Shown in pieces: positions 46,905 through 56,243 of a stretch of DNA of 64,000 nucleotides. The stretch is from positions 34,991-98,990 of IMG/VR virus record IMGVR_UViG_3300008259_000020; one strand, 5' to 3'. A program made the position numbers and the translations under genes. The notes beneath the pieces were generated by a model, which searched no databases, was not told where the DNA came from, and was given only the letters and a program-made list of their open reading frames with translations. Within the stretch, counting starts at the first letter, position 1. Every line of letters begins with the position of its first letter. Source of the DNA: a virus. Lineage: Duplodnaviria; Heunggongvirae; Uroviricota; Caudoviricetes.

Positions 46905-47607
46905 TTTTATAATCCGGTGTTAATCTATAATGTAATGCGTCGTGAGCAGGATGCTTGTTATACGCAACAGTGGCTTCGATCTCGATACTACGTCCAGCAG
47001 CAATCAAGTAGTCCCACACAGGAATTGCTGGACTATAAGACTCCAAGTTTAGTACCATAAGGTGATTGTGACGATCTTTAAAGTAGTAACGCCACATGTT
47101 TTCACGCTTTGCAGTTCTGTGTACTTTACCTACAAACTCAATTTCGCCGGCAAAGTAACCAGGGATACTATGCGGATTGATTGATTGTACATTTTTAAAA
47201 ATCTCAACAGTAGCAACACTCTCGTCATGAAAGCCAGGAAGTGTGATCAGCGGAGCCAGCCATTCTTTTTTGATCTTACGTGGCGAGTACAGTGCTTGAT
47301 CAACAGTTTTCATCCACTCGCTCATGTGTTGATTTTTAAGTCTACGTAACATGAAATTGTTTTGAAAGTGTTTACGAACTTGATCAGCACGTTCATATGA
47401 TTCTGAAGAAATTTCAAAATTTGCTGGGTAATTTCCACTCAAGATGTTTGTGTAAATTTCAGTGCCGTATGTGGTTTTTGAAAGTTGAACAACAGCCGCA
47501 AGAGTATCGTACGGAGTATCCACAGGGTCTGTTTCAATTTTTTTGACAGTCTCAAAGTCGTCAACGGAAAATACCACGTTAAAGGGTTGTGCTATATTCA
47601 TGTCCAA
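46885..47607 (-). CDS. hypothetical protein (240 aa)
   Basis: ORF. Confidence 0.4.
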   Translation of the reverse strand: MDMNIAQPFNVVFSVDDFETVKKIETDPVDTPYDTLAAVVQLSKTTYGTEIYTNILSGNYPANFEISSESYERADQVRKHFQNNFMLRRLKNQHMSEWMKTVDQALYSPRKIKKEWLAPLITLPGFHDESVATVEIFKNVQSINPHSIPGYFAGEIEFVGKVHRTAKRENMWRYYFKDRHNHLMVLNLESYSPAIPVWDYLIAAGRSIEIEATVAYNKHPAHDALHYRLTPDYKIVKINS

Positions 47608-48407
47608 AGACTCGCTCTAATTTTAATAAGACGGATCAGCATTTCGGTATCTTCGTCCTCGTAAGCCTTTTCCATTTCACGCATCGTGTCGTGCATTTTT
47701 GCAGTATCCCACTTGTCTGCTTCGGGATCTTCGTCGAGTAGGTCGATGCCACGTTCACGCTGATTGTCACAGTAGTTGCTCCAACCGCTTGCATCCATAG
47801 GTTCGGGACGATTAGGATATACTTCAGTCCACCAACGGTAAAGTGCAACAATCTCTTGTGCAGTTTCTGCTTGGTAAGTGGGTTTTGCTTGGCTTTTATC
47901 GTCAATCCATTCTTCGTCAGTAAGAGTCATTTCCCACGCAAGATGAGCAAGTCCTGCTTCGGCACTGCGCCAAGTTCTAGTGCGCCAACGACCTACTTGC
48001 CACCAACGCATATCTTTGGATTTTTCTTCACTCCAGCGATAGCCGCTATATGCTTTTTCGATTTCAACAAAGTCTACAAGTTCATCAAACAGGCAGTAAA
48101 GTATACGTGTATCCATATCACGATACTCACCAGGCTTAATGTGCTTAGGATGAGCAACAAGTGCGTGAGTTTGATCAATCCAACGATTTACAATGTAATA
48201 CTTTACACTGTATAAACGATCGGTAGGCCAGCAAACAAAGTTTTGCAGTTTATCCAGACCTTCTTCGGCAATCCAATAACGGATAGGATGTGATGCACGA
48301 GCAAGATTTTTCCACTGCTTCCAACCCGGGCTGGTTTCGAAGTTGGGTTTAGCAGTGCCGCGAAGCCAATCGGCAAAACGGCTGCAACTCCAGTAATTAG
48401 ATCTCAT
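47598..48407 (-). CDS. hypothetical Trp-rich protein (269 aa)
   Basis: ORF. Confidence 0.4.
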   Translation of the reverse strand: MRSNYWSCSRFADWLRGTAKPNFETSPGWKQWKNLARASHPIRYWIAEEGLDKLQNFVCWPTDRLYSVKYYIVNRWIDQTHALVAHPKHIKPGEYRDMDTRILYCLFDELVDFVEIEKAYSGYRWSEEKSKDMRWWQVGRWRTRTWRSAEAGLAHLAWEMTLTDEEWIDDKSQAKPTYQAETAQEIVALYRWWTEVYPNRPEPMDASGWSNYCDNQRERGIDLLDEDPEADKWDTAKMHDTMREMEKAYEDEDTEMLIRLIKIRASLWT

Positions 48408-48633
48408 CTTCTTTGTACTCTTTTCGATTTTTGCTATAGTTTACAGTTGCGTTCCAGAACCCGATCAATCCATGACACGCAATAGCAAGGAAAGTTGAAA
48501 AAATTTGAACTGCTCCAATGATCAGAACAGCAATAAGTGCAGTCATAATCAAGTCAACTTCGTGTGCAGTATTATAATACGCTAGACCGAATATAATAGC
48601 GTAGAATCCCAAATCCCAGAGATGCTTTTTCAT
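48397..48633 (-). CDS. small membrane protein (78 aa, 2 TM)
   Basis: Hydrophobic helices. Confidence 0.4.
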   Translation of the reverse strand: MKKHLWDLGFYAIIFGLAYYNTAHEVDLIMTALIAVLIIGAVQIFSTFLAIACHGLIGFWNATVNYSKNRKEYKEDEI

Positions 48634-48983
48634 TTTGCTTCCTTTTTAGCACGATAGTCGGCTTTGAACTGTTTTACGTCAGTGACTGCACTGGTAAGTG
48701 CGGCTGCATAGTTAATTGCAGTCTGCTCATCCAGCACAATAGTAGTATCCATTTCGGCATAGCCTTTGATGAGAATTTGCCAAATTTGCTGCCAGCGGTT
48801 CATTTTCCACCATTTAGTATGGTTCTTTGCATAGATATGAACACTAACATCAACTTCGTCTGCTTCTACATTCAGTTCATGTGAGCAATCATCATTGCCG
48901 CAACTGCAACGAATATGATACCATTTGCTATCACCCCACTCGCTGGTTTTTAAAATACCCTGTGCAGGTTGTTGTGCGTTCAT
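48630..48983 (-). CDS. zinc-finger-like hypothetical protein
   Basis: HIRCSCGNDDCSHE. Start probably the internal MNAQQP, because the longer ORF overlaps 48994-49200. Confidence 0.35.
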   Translation of the reverse strand: MNAQQPAQGILKTSEWGDSKWYHIRCSCGNDDCSHELNVEADEVDVSVHIYAKNHTKWWKMNRWQQIWQILIKGYAEMDTTIVLDEQTAINYAAALTSAVTDVKQFKADYRAKKEAK

Positions 48984-48993
48984 AATCTTCTCC

Positions 48994-49200
48994 TCAATGA
49001 ATTGTATTATAGTTGGATTCGTCGTTAGGGTCAAGTCCAAAATACTCAATACACATTCTTGCAATAGTGTTTGGTACTTCTTTTAAATGTTCTTCGCCGC
49101 GTGGAACCCATATACCTTTGAGACTGCCGTCTTTGCCAACAACCAACCCATAGTCATCGTCTTCTAGTGTTTCGCTCAGTTCTAAATAATCATGCCTCAT
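48994..49200 (-). CDS. small hypothetical protein (68 aa)
   Basis: ORF. Confidence 0.3.
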   Translation of the reverse strand: MRHDYLELSETLEDDDYGLVVGKDGSLKGIWVPRGEEHLKEVPNTIARMCIEYFGLDPNDESNYNTIH

Positions 49201-49684
49201 TGCTCTCGCCTTTTAGAGTCTCTAACATACGGTATTTGTCCAGTTGACAATGATACTCGTCTGCCGCAGATTTTAGTTTAGGATATTTGGTTTCTAGATC
49301 AAAGTCTCTGTTGATTACAACTTTTAGACTCTTGCTTATTTCGTCAAGAGATTTTTGATACTGAAGAATAGGATCTAGTTTTTCACGCTCAATGTCATCG
49401 ATCTTAACATAGTGTTGGCTTTGACTAGGATGATAACTATCCTTAGGAACAACGCCGGCATCAATCCAGTTGGCTCGGGCCTTTTCTATGCCTTCGTGAT
49501 CGACGTGTATATAGGGTCTGTCGTCACTAAACTTGCGTTCGCCACAGTTGCATTTGTAAAACCGTATCTGCCAATGCTTGGTTTTTTTGGTATCAGTATA
49601 AGTTGTATGATACTTGTCGTTGACTGCTACTAGTTCCCAATCATGCTCGTGCCGCGGAGCAAAAAGTCGTGCAATAAAGTTCAT
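49190..49684 (-). CDS. hypothetical protein (164 aa)
   Basis: ORF with a CNCGERKF zinc-ribbon-like pair. Confidence 0.35.
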   Translation of the reverse strand: MNFIARLFAPRHEHDWELVAVNDKYHTTYTDTKKTKHWQIRFYKCNCGERKFSDDRPYIHVDHEGIEKARANWIDAGVVPKDSYHPSQSQHYVKIDDIEREKLDPILQYQKSLDEISKSLKVVINRDFDLETKYPKLKSAADEYHCQLDKYRMLETLKGESNEA

Positions 49685-49935
49685 CGTTTACCCTGATAAC
49701 GTAGATCAAAAATTTTATCTCTTACACGATTATTATACCAATTACGGTCTTGCTTGTCAAGCAGTGTAAGTAGATATTCAAGATCTTCGTCGCTTAACGC
49801 CACATCAACTGCGGATTCTGCTAACACAGTATAACCTCGGTTTTTTAATTCTTCCACTATTTCGTTGTCGTCGAACTCATCGAGATCTACGTCAACGTCT
49901 ACATATGTTTCAATTGTTTTAACAGCCATTTTCAA
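49681..49935 (-). CDS. small acidic protein (84 aa)
   Basis: ORF. Confidence 0.35.
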   Translation of the reverse strand: MKMAVKTIETYVDVDVDLDEFDDNEIVEELKNRGYTVLAESAVDVALSDEDLEYLLTLLDKQDRNWYNNRVRDKIFDLRYQGKR

Positions 49936-50554
49936 TTACCTTCTTTTTGATGGTTTTGTATAATCCTGGGTTTACTTTTAATGCGTGTGGCATTAGTTCA
50001 TGTCTAATATAGTTTCTTGTGTACTTGATATCCGCATTGCTAGGATCTTCAACATACGGTACCGTGTGCATATTAGACCACAAGGCAATATCACGTTTCA
50101 TATTTAATCTAAACGGACGGATAACGTTCTTTCTACGATACGGTACAATTTTACCAGTACCGTGCAGCGAACTAAAGATCCAAGTTTCCACGCAGTCATC
50201 CAAGTGATGTCCTGTAATCACAGGTGCGTCTGTAAATAGGTCCAAGAACTCGTAGCGTTTTTCTCGCCAAAATTCTTCATGACTCATATCTTTTGGCTTG
50301 TCTTCACGAATCTTACCGCCGATAAATTTGATATCGTTTTTAATACAGTAGTCATCAACAAAGTCTAGAGTGTACATAGAATTGCTGGTTCTATGATCAA
50401 AATGTAATACAGTTACATCATGATTGTTTTGTAGAAAATTTAAAATTGCCATACTATCAATGCCGCCGGAGCAGGCAAGATATACTTTGCGGGGGAGTTT
50501 GCCTTGGATCTTAATCATATTTTTTATTATAAGGCATAGACCGCAATTGGACAA
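49919..50554 (-). CDS. tilS: tRNA(Ile)-lysidine synthetase (TilS) catalytic-domain homolog (PP-loop ATPase)
   Basis: PP-loop LACSGGIDSMAIL, HHLDDCVETWIF (compare TilS HHxDDQAET), RPFRLNMKRDI and EDPSNADIKYTRNYIRHELMP (compare TilS D.SN.d....RN.IR..llP). Confidence 0.65.
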   Translation of the reverse strand: MSNCGLCLIIKNMIKIQGKLPRKVYLACSGGIDSMAILNFLQNNHDVTVLHFDHRTSNSMYTLDFVDDYCIKNDIKFIGGKIREDKPKDMSHEEFWREKRYEFLDLFTDAPVITGHHLDDCVETWIFSSLHGTGKIVPYRRKNVIRPFRLNMKRDIALWSNMHTVPYVEDPSNADIKYTRNYIRHELMPHALKVNPGLYKTIKKKVIENGC

Positions 50555-50655
50555 GAAAAAACTATTTCATATCCACTGGAGTCATTGTGCCTGTTTCCCT
50601 ATGTTTAGTAAATGATACTGTACCGTCTGACTTTAGTCGCTAAAACGGCTCTAAC

Positions 50656-50868
50656 TCAAGTGGCTTGGTCATCTTTGTCATCGTGTTTAAGAATAATCAT
50701 ATTGTCACCGCTGCCAACTGTTTTAAGATAGCCATCTTTAGCAAGGCTATCAATGGTAGTAGAAACAGACTGTTCAACCAGATCGTAGTTTGCTTTTGTA
50801 CGACCCACTGAATATCCAAACAGTGTAAACACAACTGCGGTACCGAAGATGAAAGATTCAACAACCAT
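50656..50868 (-). CDS. small membrane protein (70 aa)
   Basis: N-terminal TM segment. Confidence 0.35.
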   Translation of the reverse strand: MVVESFIFGTAVVFTLFGYSVGRTKANYDLVEQSVSTTIDSLAKDGYLKTVGSGDNMIILKHDDKDDQAT

Positions 50869-51572
50869 TATTTTTCCTCAATATATGAAAGTTTAACGTA
50901 ATTCAATTTAGTCATCGGCAACCGAGTGTCATACTCGATCTCATGCTTTTTGGCTTTTGCCCTTATACTATATTTACTGCCGATTTCGTATTTTTTGTCT
51001 TTGTTAAAATGCACAAGATTGCCGCCAACACCAGCAATATAACTGTAAAGATTGTAGTCTTTGAGATAAAACGAACGAAGGATTTCCAGTTCGCCTGAGA
51101 TTGAACTGTCAACGTTATAATGCACAGAATCAACAAAATCAGTTTTGAGACGACGACGGTAAGCAAGATCGTGCAGTTCTCGTTGAATCATTGCAGGAAC
51201 ATAAGCAACAAAGCCTACATTCTTAGGTGTACATTCTTCGCTGCTAAACGCAGCAAACGTATCACGCTGAAACTGACTGAGATCGTTGCCAATCATAAGA
51301 AACGTGTAACGCTTGAAATGACTGCGGGCAGATTCTAGAGCAGCAACATCTTCATTCGTAACTTCAACAGGCTCGAACTGTTCAGGAACCCAGTGATTCT
51401 TGCTGCCTTCGCTGATGGCCTTGAGAGCAAACATAAACTTGATAGCATCCTTGTTGCCCCAAAAGGAAACATTGCCATCCTTATCGTATACAGTTTCTTT
51501 GTAGTAGTTTTTGTTGATACGATAGATAGCAAATGATAGTTTAAGTGCTTCATCAGTTGAAAACGTATCCAT
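50868..51572 (-). CDS. hypothetical protein (234 aa)
   Basis: ORF. Confidence 0.4.
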   Translation of the reverse strand: MDTFSTDEALKLSFAIYRINKNYYKETVYDKDGNVSFWGNKDAIKFMFALKAISEGSKNHWVPEQFEPVEVTNEDVAALESARSHFKRYTFLMIGNDLSQFQRDTFAAFSSEECTPKNVGFVAYVPAMIQRELHDLAYRRRLKTDFVDSVHYNVDSSISGELEILRSFYLKDYNLYSYIAGVGGNLVHFNKDKKYEIGSKYSIRAKAKKHEIEYDTRLPMTKLNYVKLSYIEEK

Positions 51573-51632
51573 AGCCGCCTCGTTGTGTGCCTACATGTTC
51601 AACATACAACAAGACGCACGGGTTGTCAATCT

Positions 51633-52517
51633 TTATTTTTTTTTGTTAACTTCGAACAATTTAGGATCTAGTTCTTTTTTCTTTTTTCTGTCTTTGCGCC
51701 AGCCTTCGCGCATTTTTTCTCTCTTGGCAAGTTCTTCTGCTTCTGGACTCTTTGGAGTAGGATCTGGCAAAGCCTTGACTGAGTCCAGTGTAGGAACAAA
51801 TGCATCATAGGCATTTTTATTCATCTCAAACCCAACAAATTTTCTTCCATAGCGTAGTGCGGTTCTGGCTGTGGTAAATCCTCCGCAGAACGGATCCATC
51901 ACAACATCGCCTCTGTTGCTGCTGTAAAGAACAAATTTTTCAATAAACGATTCGTTGAGTTGATTCTTGTTTTTCAATTGTCCAGGATTATGAGCCCGAG
52001 GCATGTCCTGCACTGTAAGACGGTCGTGATAACTGTCTTTTTGATCTGTGAAATAAACATTACTGTTGAATGTTCTTGTTTGCTTGCCCTTATCGGGCTT
52101 TTGCCAAAACAGAATGTGATAGTGACTGCTGACCCACTTGTTTTTTGTACTCACACCAAAACTGTATTTTGCAATGATATGATTGACTTCTTTCAAGTCA
52201 GTGCTGTGCAATGCATTTAGAATATGATGAAGGTTTGTATAACCACTTACAATATAGATACTGCCGCCCGGACGTAGTACTCTAGCACATTCGCCGATCC
52301 AGTCTTTGCTAAACTGTGCATAGGTTTCTAAAGGAACGTCCACATACCCAGGTACAACAAAACTTTCGTCACGATGATAGTGAGCGTCCAGTTTGTCGCC
52401 GTCAATACCGTAAGGCGGATCTGTAAAAATAAGATCCACGTTGCCATCGGCAACGTGGTCTTTGATTCCTGTAATGCAGTCTTGATTATAGACCTGGAAT
52501 GTCATTGCGAATTGCAT
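51633..52517 (-). CDS. DNA methyltransferase, beta-class (N6-adenine or N4-cytosine)
   Basis: Motif IV DLIFTDPPYG comes before motif I VMDPFCGGFTTARTALRYGRKFVGFE, the permuted order typical of M.PvuII/ParB-MTase-type enzymes. Confidence 0.7.
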   Translation of the reverse strand: MQFAMTFQVYNQDCITGIKDHVADGNVDLIFTDPPYGIDGDKLDAHYHRDESFVVPGYVDVPLETYAQFSKDWIGECARVLRPGGSIYIVSGYTNLHHILNALHSTDLKEVNHIIAKYSFGVSTKNKWVSSHYHILFWQKPDKGKQTRTFNSNVYFTDQKDSYHDRLTVQDMPRAHNPGQLKNKNQLNESFIEKFVLYSSNRGDVVMDPFCGGFTTARTALRYGRKFVGFEMNKNAYDAFVPTLDSVKALPDPTPKSPEAEELAKREKMREGWRKDRKKKKELDPKLFEVNKKK

Positions 52518-53046
52518 CCATAATTAGTTGCTTTAGATTATTATTATACGTGTTTTCACAAAGGATACGACCAGAAACTTCCGTAATTGCTGCTTTGGGT
52601 ACTTTAACAACAACACCGTCGCCTTGAACTTTGGCATGTTTCAACACTGTCTTTTTGTCGAGAACAAAAGCACCGTCGTTGCGTACTACAATCACACAAT
52701 CTGCTACATGTGATTCGGGCAAGGTTTTGTTCTTGTTGGTGCCATTTGTGTTGCTTAGTTTTACTTCGTAGTTTTTACGTAGACTACCATCTTTTTTGTA
52801 CATATTATCGCTGAGTTGACTTTTTAATTCAACGTCGATGTTGTGTTTTGGCCAAACGTAATCTCTGTGATCTTCACCGACATATTTTAGATTATTGTTT
52901 GAGTGTGTTTCTACTGTTAGTTCTGCAATCAGACCTTTGAGAAATCTCCATTGTGCATCATTAAAGTCTTCAAGAGAGTTTCCATATTCAACAATTCCTT
53001 GCCAATTAAACGCCTTTAGATCTGTTAGGATTTCTGTGTTTAGCAT
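52486..53046 (-). CDS. hypothetical protein overlapping the MTase start by 32 nt
   Basis: ORF; no clear nuclease motif. Confidence 0.35.
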   Translation of the reverse strand: MLNTEILTDLKAFNWQGIVEYGNSLEDFNDAQWRFLKGLIAELTVETHSNNNLKYVGEDHRDYVWPKHNIDVELKSQLSDNMYKKDGSLRKNYEVKLSNTNGTNKNKTLPESHVADCVIVVRNDGAFVLDKKTVLKHAKVQGDGVVVKVPKAAITEVSGRILCENTYNNNLKQLIMDAIRNDIPGL

Positions 53047-53095
53047 TGTATGTTCCTTTAAATTTTAATAAGTATAACATCAATTTATCATGGTG

Positions 53096-53641
53096 TCAAG
53101 ACAAAAACAACCTAAAGTGATCTGCTAGGGTCATAGTTGTGTCTACTGATACACCGTCGTGAGTTACAAACAGATTTGCTGTATCAAAGCAATACTGATA
53201 GCGGCACCAAAAGTTATAGATATCTGGTGTGCGGCTAGCCCAACCCTTTTCACGTAGCAGTGTGTCTTTTTCTACGCTGATACGTGCTGTGGGCATATTG
53301 CAAGCCTGTGTAGGAGTAATTACACCAGCCAACAATAGATCTCGAACGGTGCTGTTAGGAACCATGTGTTCAAAAATTCCGTTGCCTTCGAGCCCTACTT
53401 CAACGTAGTGTGCGCCAAAGTTTTCTTTGATGCAGTAGCCATGATAACGCCGCAGTGCATTGTCGATATCATCACGAATCAAACGATAAGTCTGTTCATC
53501 GTTTTTGGTATTATGATACAGGTAAACAAGACGAGTAAGATTGTTAGTAACGTATGCTGCCGTAGCAGCATACGATTCTAGGTTACGTTTAGTGCGAACA
53601 TATACAGGTTCGCGAAAACGTTCAATTGCTTCTTTGAGCAT
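53096..53641 (-). CDS. hypothetical protein (181 aa)
   Basis: ORF. Confidence 0.35.
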   Translation of the reverse strand: MLKEAIERFREPVYVRTKRNLESYAATAAYVTNNLTRLVYLYHNTKNDEQTYRLIRDDIDNALRRYHGYCIKENFGAHYVEVGLEGNGIFEHMVPNSTVRDLLLAGVITPTQACNMPTARISVEKDTLLREKGWASRTPDIYNFWCRYQYCFDTANLFVTHDGVSVDTTMTLADHFRLFLS

Positions 53642-54700
53642 TTAAGCAGCCTTTTTAGGAAACAGTCCAGGAGCAGGATTTTCAGCAAGTTGAAGTTTTG
53701 CACCGTCGCCGTGGTAAGGAAGGTTGAGTTTGCCGCCGTTGATTATGTACAGTTCACGAATGAAGTTAGACATAATGTTTGGTGCATCCCAACCGCGACC
53801 CGGCGAAACATAACTCACTTGCAGTTTTGCTTTTTCTTTGAACAAAGAACCATTAACCGAAGTACTGCGATTGAATGTTTGTGCAATGGTTTGCAGAACT
53901 TCTAGCATCCAACCATCAGGCAGTTCCTGACGACTATCAAGACGGCTCAGTTCATATAGCCCGATGTACAAGTCTTGGTTAACTTCTTCGTCGTGTTTGT
54001 ACACAGTTACAATTGCATTGAGAATACTGTCAAGGGTTTTGCCGCTCTTGTCAACGTCGATGCCTTTGTAGGCATATGCAAAGTGTGAAAAGAAGTAATC
54101 GTTGGATCCGCGCAATTTAACACTACGACGAGTGCCTTTGTCTTCAAGATCAATTCCGTTCTCATCAAATTGATCCTGCATAGTACGAGCCTTGAAGTTC
54201 TTTTCTTCGGTACTGCCAAGTTTGTAACGAGTAAGAGCGTTACGATGCAGATCGCCGGGGCTCAGTTTCTTAACACCAGACTCGTTGAGTTCTTCAAATG
54301 CATAACTAGGAAATGCAGGGTCGTCGGTGTTTACAACAGTGCAAGGAACATGTTCGTAGCCAAGCAATGCAGTTGCAATAGTACGGTGTTGCCCGTCATA
54401 GGTTAGAATTTGTTTTGCACCATTCACACGGCAAGCAGATGCAGGTGTGCAAAGACGAGGATCATATTTTTTAAGAATGGTAATGATGTGTTTGATGATT
54501 ACATCACGTTGAACTTCGTAGTCAATCCAAAGTTCGTTGATTGGAACAAGTTTTCCACCTTCGGGAAATTTATGTCCGTTGACATCTACACGATTACGAA
54601 AGATCGCAAGATTTTCATCTTTGATAGCAAAATTGGCAGCAAGATCGACTTTGACGTCGGCAATTATATCCGTAAGTTTACGGGTCGCACGTTTGTTCAT
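53642..54700 (-). CDS. DGQHR-domain protein (DndB/DpdB-like, ParB-fold)
   Basis: ILTYDGQHRTIATALLG contains the literal DGQHR hallmark of the DndB/DpdB ParB-like family. Confidence 0.55.
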   Translation of the reverse strand: MNKRATRKLTDIIADVKVDLAANFAIKDENLAIFRNRVDVNGHKFPEGGKLVPINELWIDYEVQRDVIIKHIITILKKYDPRLCTPASACRVNGAKQILTYDGQHRTIATALLGYEHVPCTVVNTDDPAFPSYAFEELNESGVKKLSPGDLHRNALTRYKLGSTEEKNFKARTMQDQFDENGIDLEDKGTRRSVKLRGSNDYFFSHFAYAYKGIDVDKSGKTLDSILNAIVTVYKHDEEVNQDLYIGLYELSRLDSRQELPDGWMLEVLQTIAQTFNRSTSVNGSLFKEKAKLQVSYVSPGRGWDAPNIMSNFIRELYIINGGKLNLPYHGDGAKLQLAENPAPGLFPKKAA

Positions 54701-54787
54701 TTATTTTCTCCATTGAACAATTCAACTGCTAGGAGCACAATGCCCTTCGCTTTAGTTAATATAAACGATGATTAGTCTGTTGTCAAG

Positions 54788-55003
54788 TTAAATTCTAAAC
54801 ATAATTCTGCCTTTGTCAAGATCGTATGGTGTCATTTCAATTTTAACACGATCACCTTGTACCAGGCGAATTTTGAACTGGCGCATTTTGCCTCCAGTAT
54901 AACAGGTTACTCTATGCCCGTTTTCTAATTCAACACGAAATGTTTGATTGGGCAGTACCTCTATGATACTGCCTTCTAATTCTAATATATCTTCTTTAGC
55001 CAT
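54788..55003 (-). CDS. infA: translation initiation factor IF-1
   Basis: [71 protein letters not shown] is collinear with E. coli IF-1 ([69 protein letters not shown]). Confidence 0.85.
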   Translation of the reverse strand: MAKEDILELEGSIIEVLPNQTFRVELENGHRVTCYTGGKMRQFKIRLVQGDRVKIEMTPYDLDKGRIMFRI

Positions 55004-55178
55004 TCTCTACCTTGGATATAGCGACGCCACCTTCTTCTAACACTTCAATCTTTAAGACGTCGCCTGGTTTCCAGCCCAACTGTTCAGCAATTTCCTGAGG
55101 AATATTCATTAACACGTTCTCAGGGTCGCCGTTGATGTCTTGAAACACTTCTTCAACTGAATACGTTTTATTTACCAA
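54996..55178 (-). CDS. AbrB/MazE (SpoVT-AbrB) fold small protein
   Basis: [33 protein letters not shown] fits the swapped-hairpin antitoxin/AbrB consensus. Overlaps infA by 8 nt. Confidence 0.45.
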   Translation of the reverse strand: MVNKTYSVEEVFQDINGDPENVLMNIPQEIAEQLGWKPGDVLKIEVLEEGGVAISKVENG

Positions 55179-55350
55179 AACGTTCTCTCCATTTGCCTTG
55201 TAGAGTATCTACCAAGTTCTTTGGCATTAATTTAACACTTTTCAATGTACTGTTGTCTTTCTTTTTTTCTTTAACATGTGCAACAGCATTGCCGCTGCTG
55301 GTAGCACTAACTATATATCTATTTTTTTCTGTTACTATTTCCCAGCGCAT
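55168..55350 (-). CDS. small basic protein (60 aa)
   Basis: ORF overlapping the AbrB-like gene by 11 nt; first gene of a three-gene mini-operon. Confidence 0.3.
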   Translation of the reverse strand: MRWEIVTEKNRYIVSATSSGNAVAHVKEKKKDNSTLKSVKLMPKNLVDTLQGKWRERFGK

Positions 55351-55528
55351 TGTTCTTCCTTGTTTGGCGATCCGTTAGCCACACACTGTTGGACGAGTGC
55401 TTGTGACCCTTAACTAACTTTGAGATTCGTAGTCATAGATTTCGTTAGTTAAGATTTATGGTTTCGGCAGTAGGCCGCGACGGACCAAGCGCGGCACTCT
55501 ACTGCTGTTACTAGACTACGATAGATCT

Positions 55529-55547
55529 TAGCACTTGTCAAGTGCTA
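55529..55547. promoter_or_regulatory. perfect 9-1-9 palindrome TAGCACTTG-T-CAAGTGCTA in a divergent intergenic region (candidate operator)
   Basis: Lies between the minus-strand infA mini-operon and the plus-strand cassette at 55604. A TTGACT -35-like box sits at about 55556. Confidence 0.4.
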
Positions 55548-55603
55548 TTTTAAAAAGTCGTTGACTGCGCTAAATACAATACGCAAGGCGTGAGGGCGCA
55601 CTT

Positions 55604-55882
55604 ATGGATTTTTTATCACTTGTTGGCGAAGTAGGCTTTCCTATAGCCGGGGCATTAGCAGCCGGGGGATTTGTTTTCTTAACACTAAAGTTTATTCTAG
55701 CAGGAGTAACTGGAAGTGTTACAACTCTAAAGAATATTATTGCACAACTGGATAACCGTGTGCAAACTATGAATAATGATTTAGTTAAAATTGATGCATT
55801 ATTGAGTTATGCATTGAGTGTTAAGCCTAACATAGATCGTATTGCTGCAAACGAAGGTAAAAATGATGCGAGACGTGACTAA
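55604..55882 (+). CDS. single-pass membrane / coiled-coil protein, paralog A
   Basis: GFPIAGALAAGGFVFLTLKFILAGV TM segment, then a coiled coil. Paralog of the next gene (shared GFPI..A..G.FVF and L..RV..M.ND). Confidence 0.45.
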   Translation: MDFLSLVGEVGFPIAGALAAGGFVFLTLKFILAGVTGSVTTLKNIIAQLDNRVQTMNNDLVKIDALLSYALSVKPNIDRIAANEGKNDARRD

Positions 55883-56226
55883 TGGAATTTGACATAGCAG
55901 GTGCAATTAAAGACTTTGGATTTCCTATCATTGCAGCAATGGGCATGGGCTACTTTGTTTTCTTTATATGGAAATGGGTAACCGAAGAAATTGATCCAGT
56001 TGTTGGCGAAACAATGGGTACATTGATTAAACTTGTTGATCGTGTACGCATGTTAGACAACGACATGATACGTCTAAACAGCAAACTAACAATGGTATTA
56101 GAATATCGCCAGCACCTAGATATGTTACCACAGGATAAAAAAGATGATCTTGATGAAATAATCAACAAGTATCAAAGTCGAAGTCAAGTGTTCAACAGCA
56201 CTGGCAGAGAAGATAAAAAAAAATAA
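55882..56226 (+). CDS. single-pass membrane / coiled-coil protein, paralog B
   Basis: DFGFPIIAAMGMGYFVFFIWKWV TM segment, then LVDRVRMLDNDMIRLNSKL; ATGA-coupled to paralog A. Confidence 0.45.
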   Translation: MEFDIAGAIKDFGFPIIAAMGMGYFVFFIWKWVTEEIDPVVGETMGTLIKLVDRVRMLDNDMIRLNSKLTMVLEYRQHLDMLPQDKKDDLDEIINKYQSRSQVFNSTGREDKKK

Positions 56227-56243
56227 TAGAGGGAGAACCAGAA

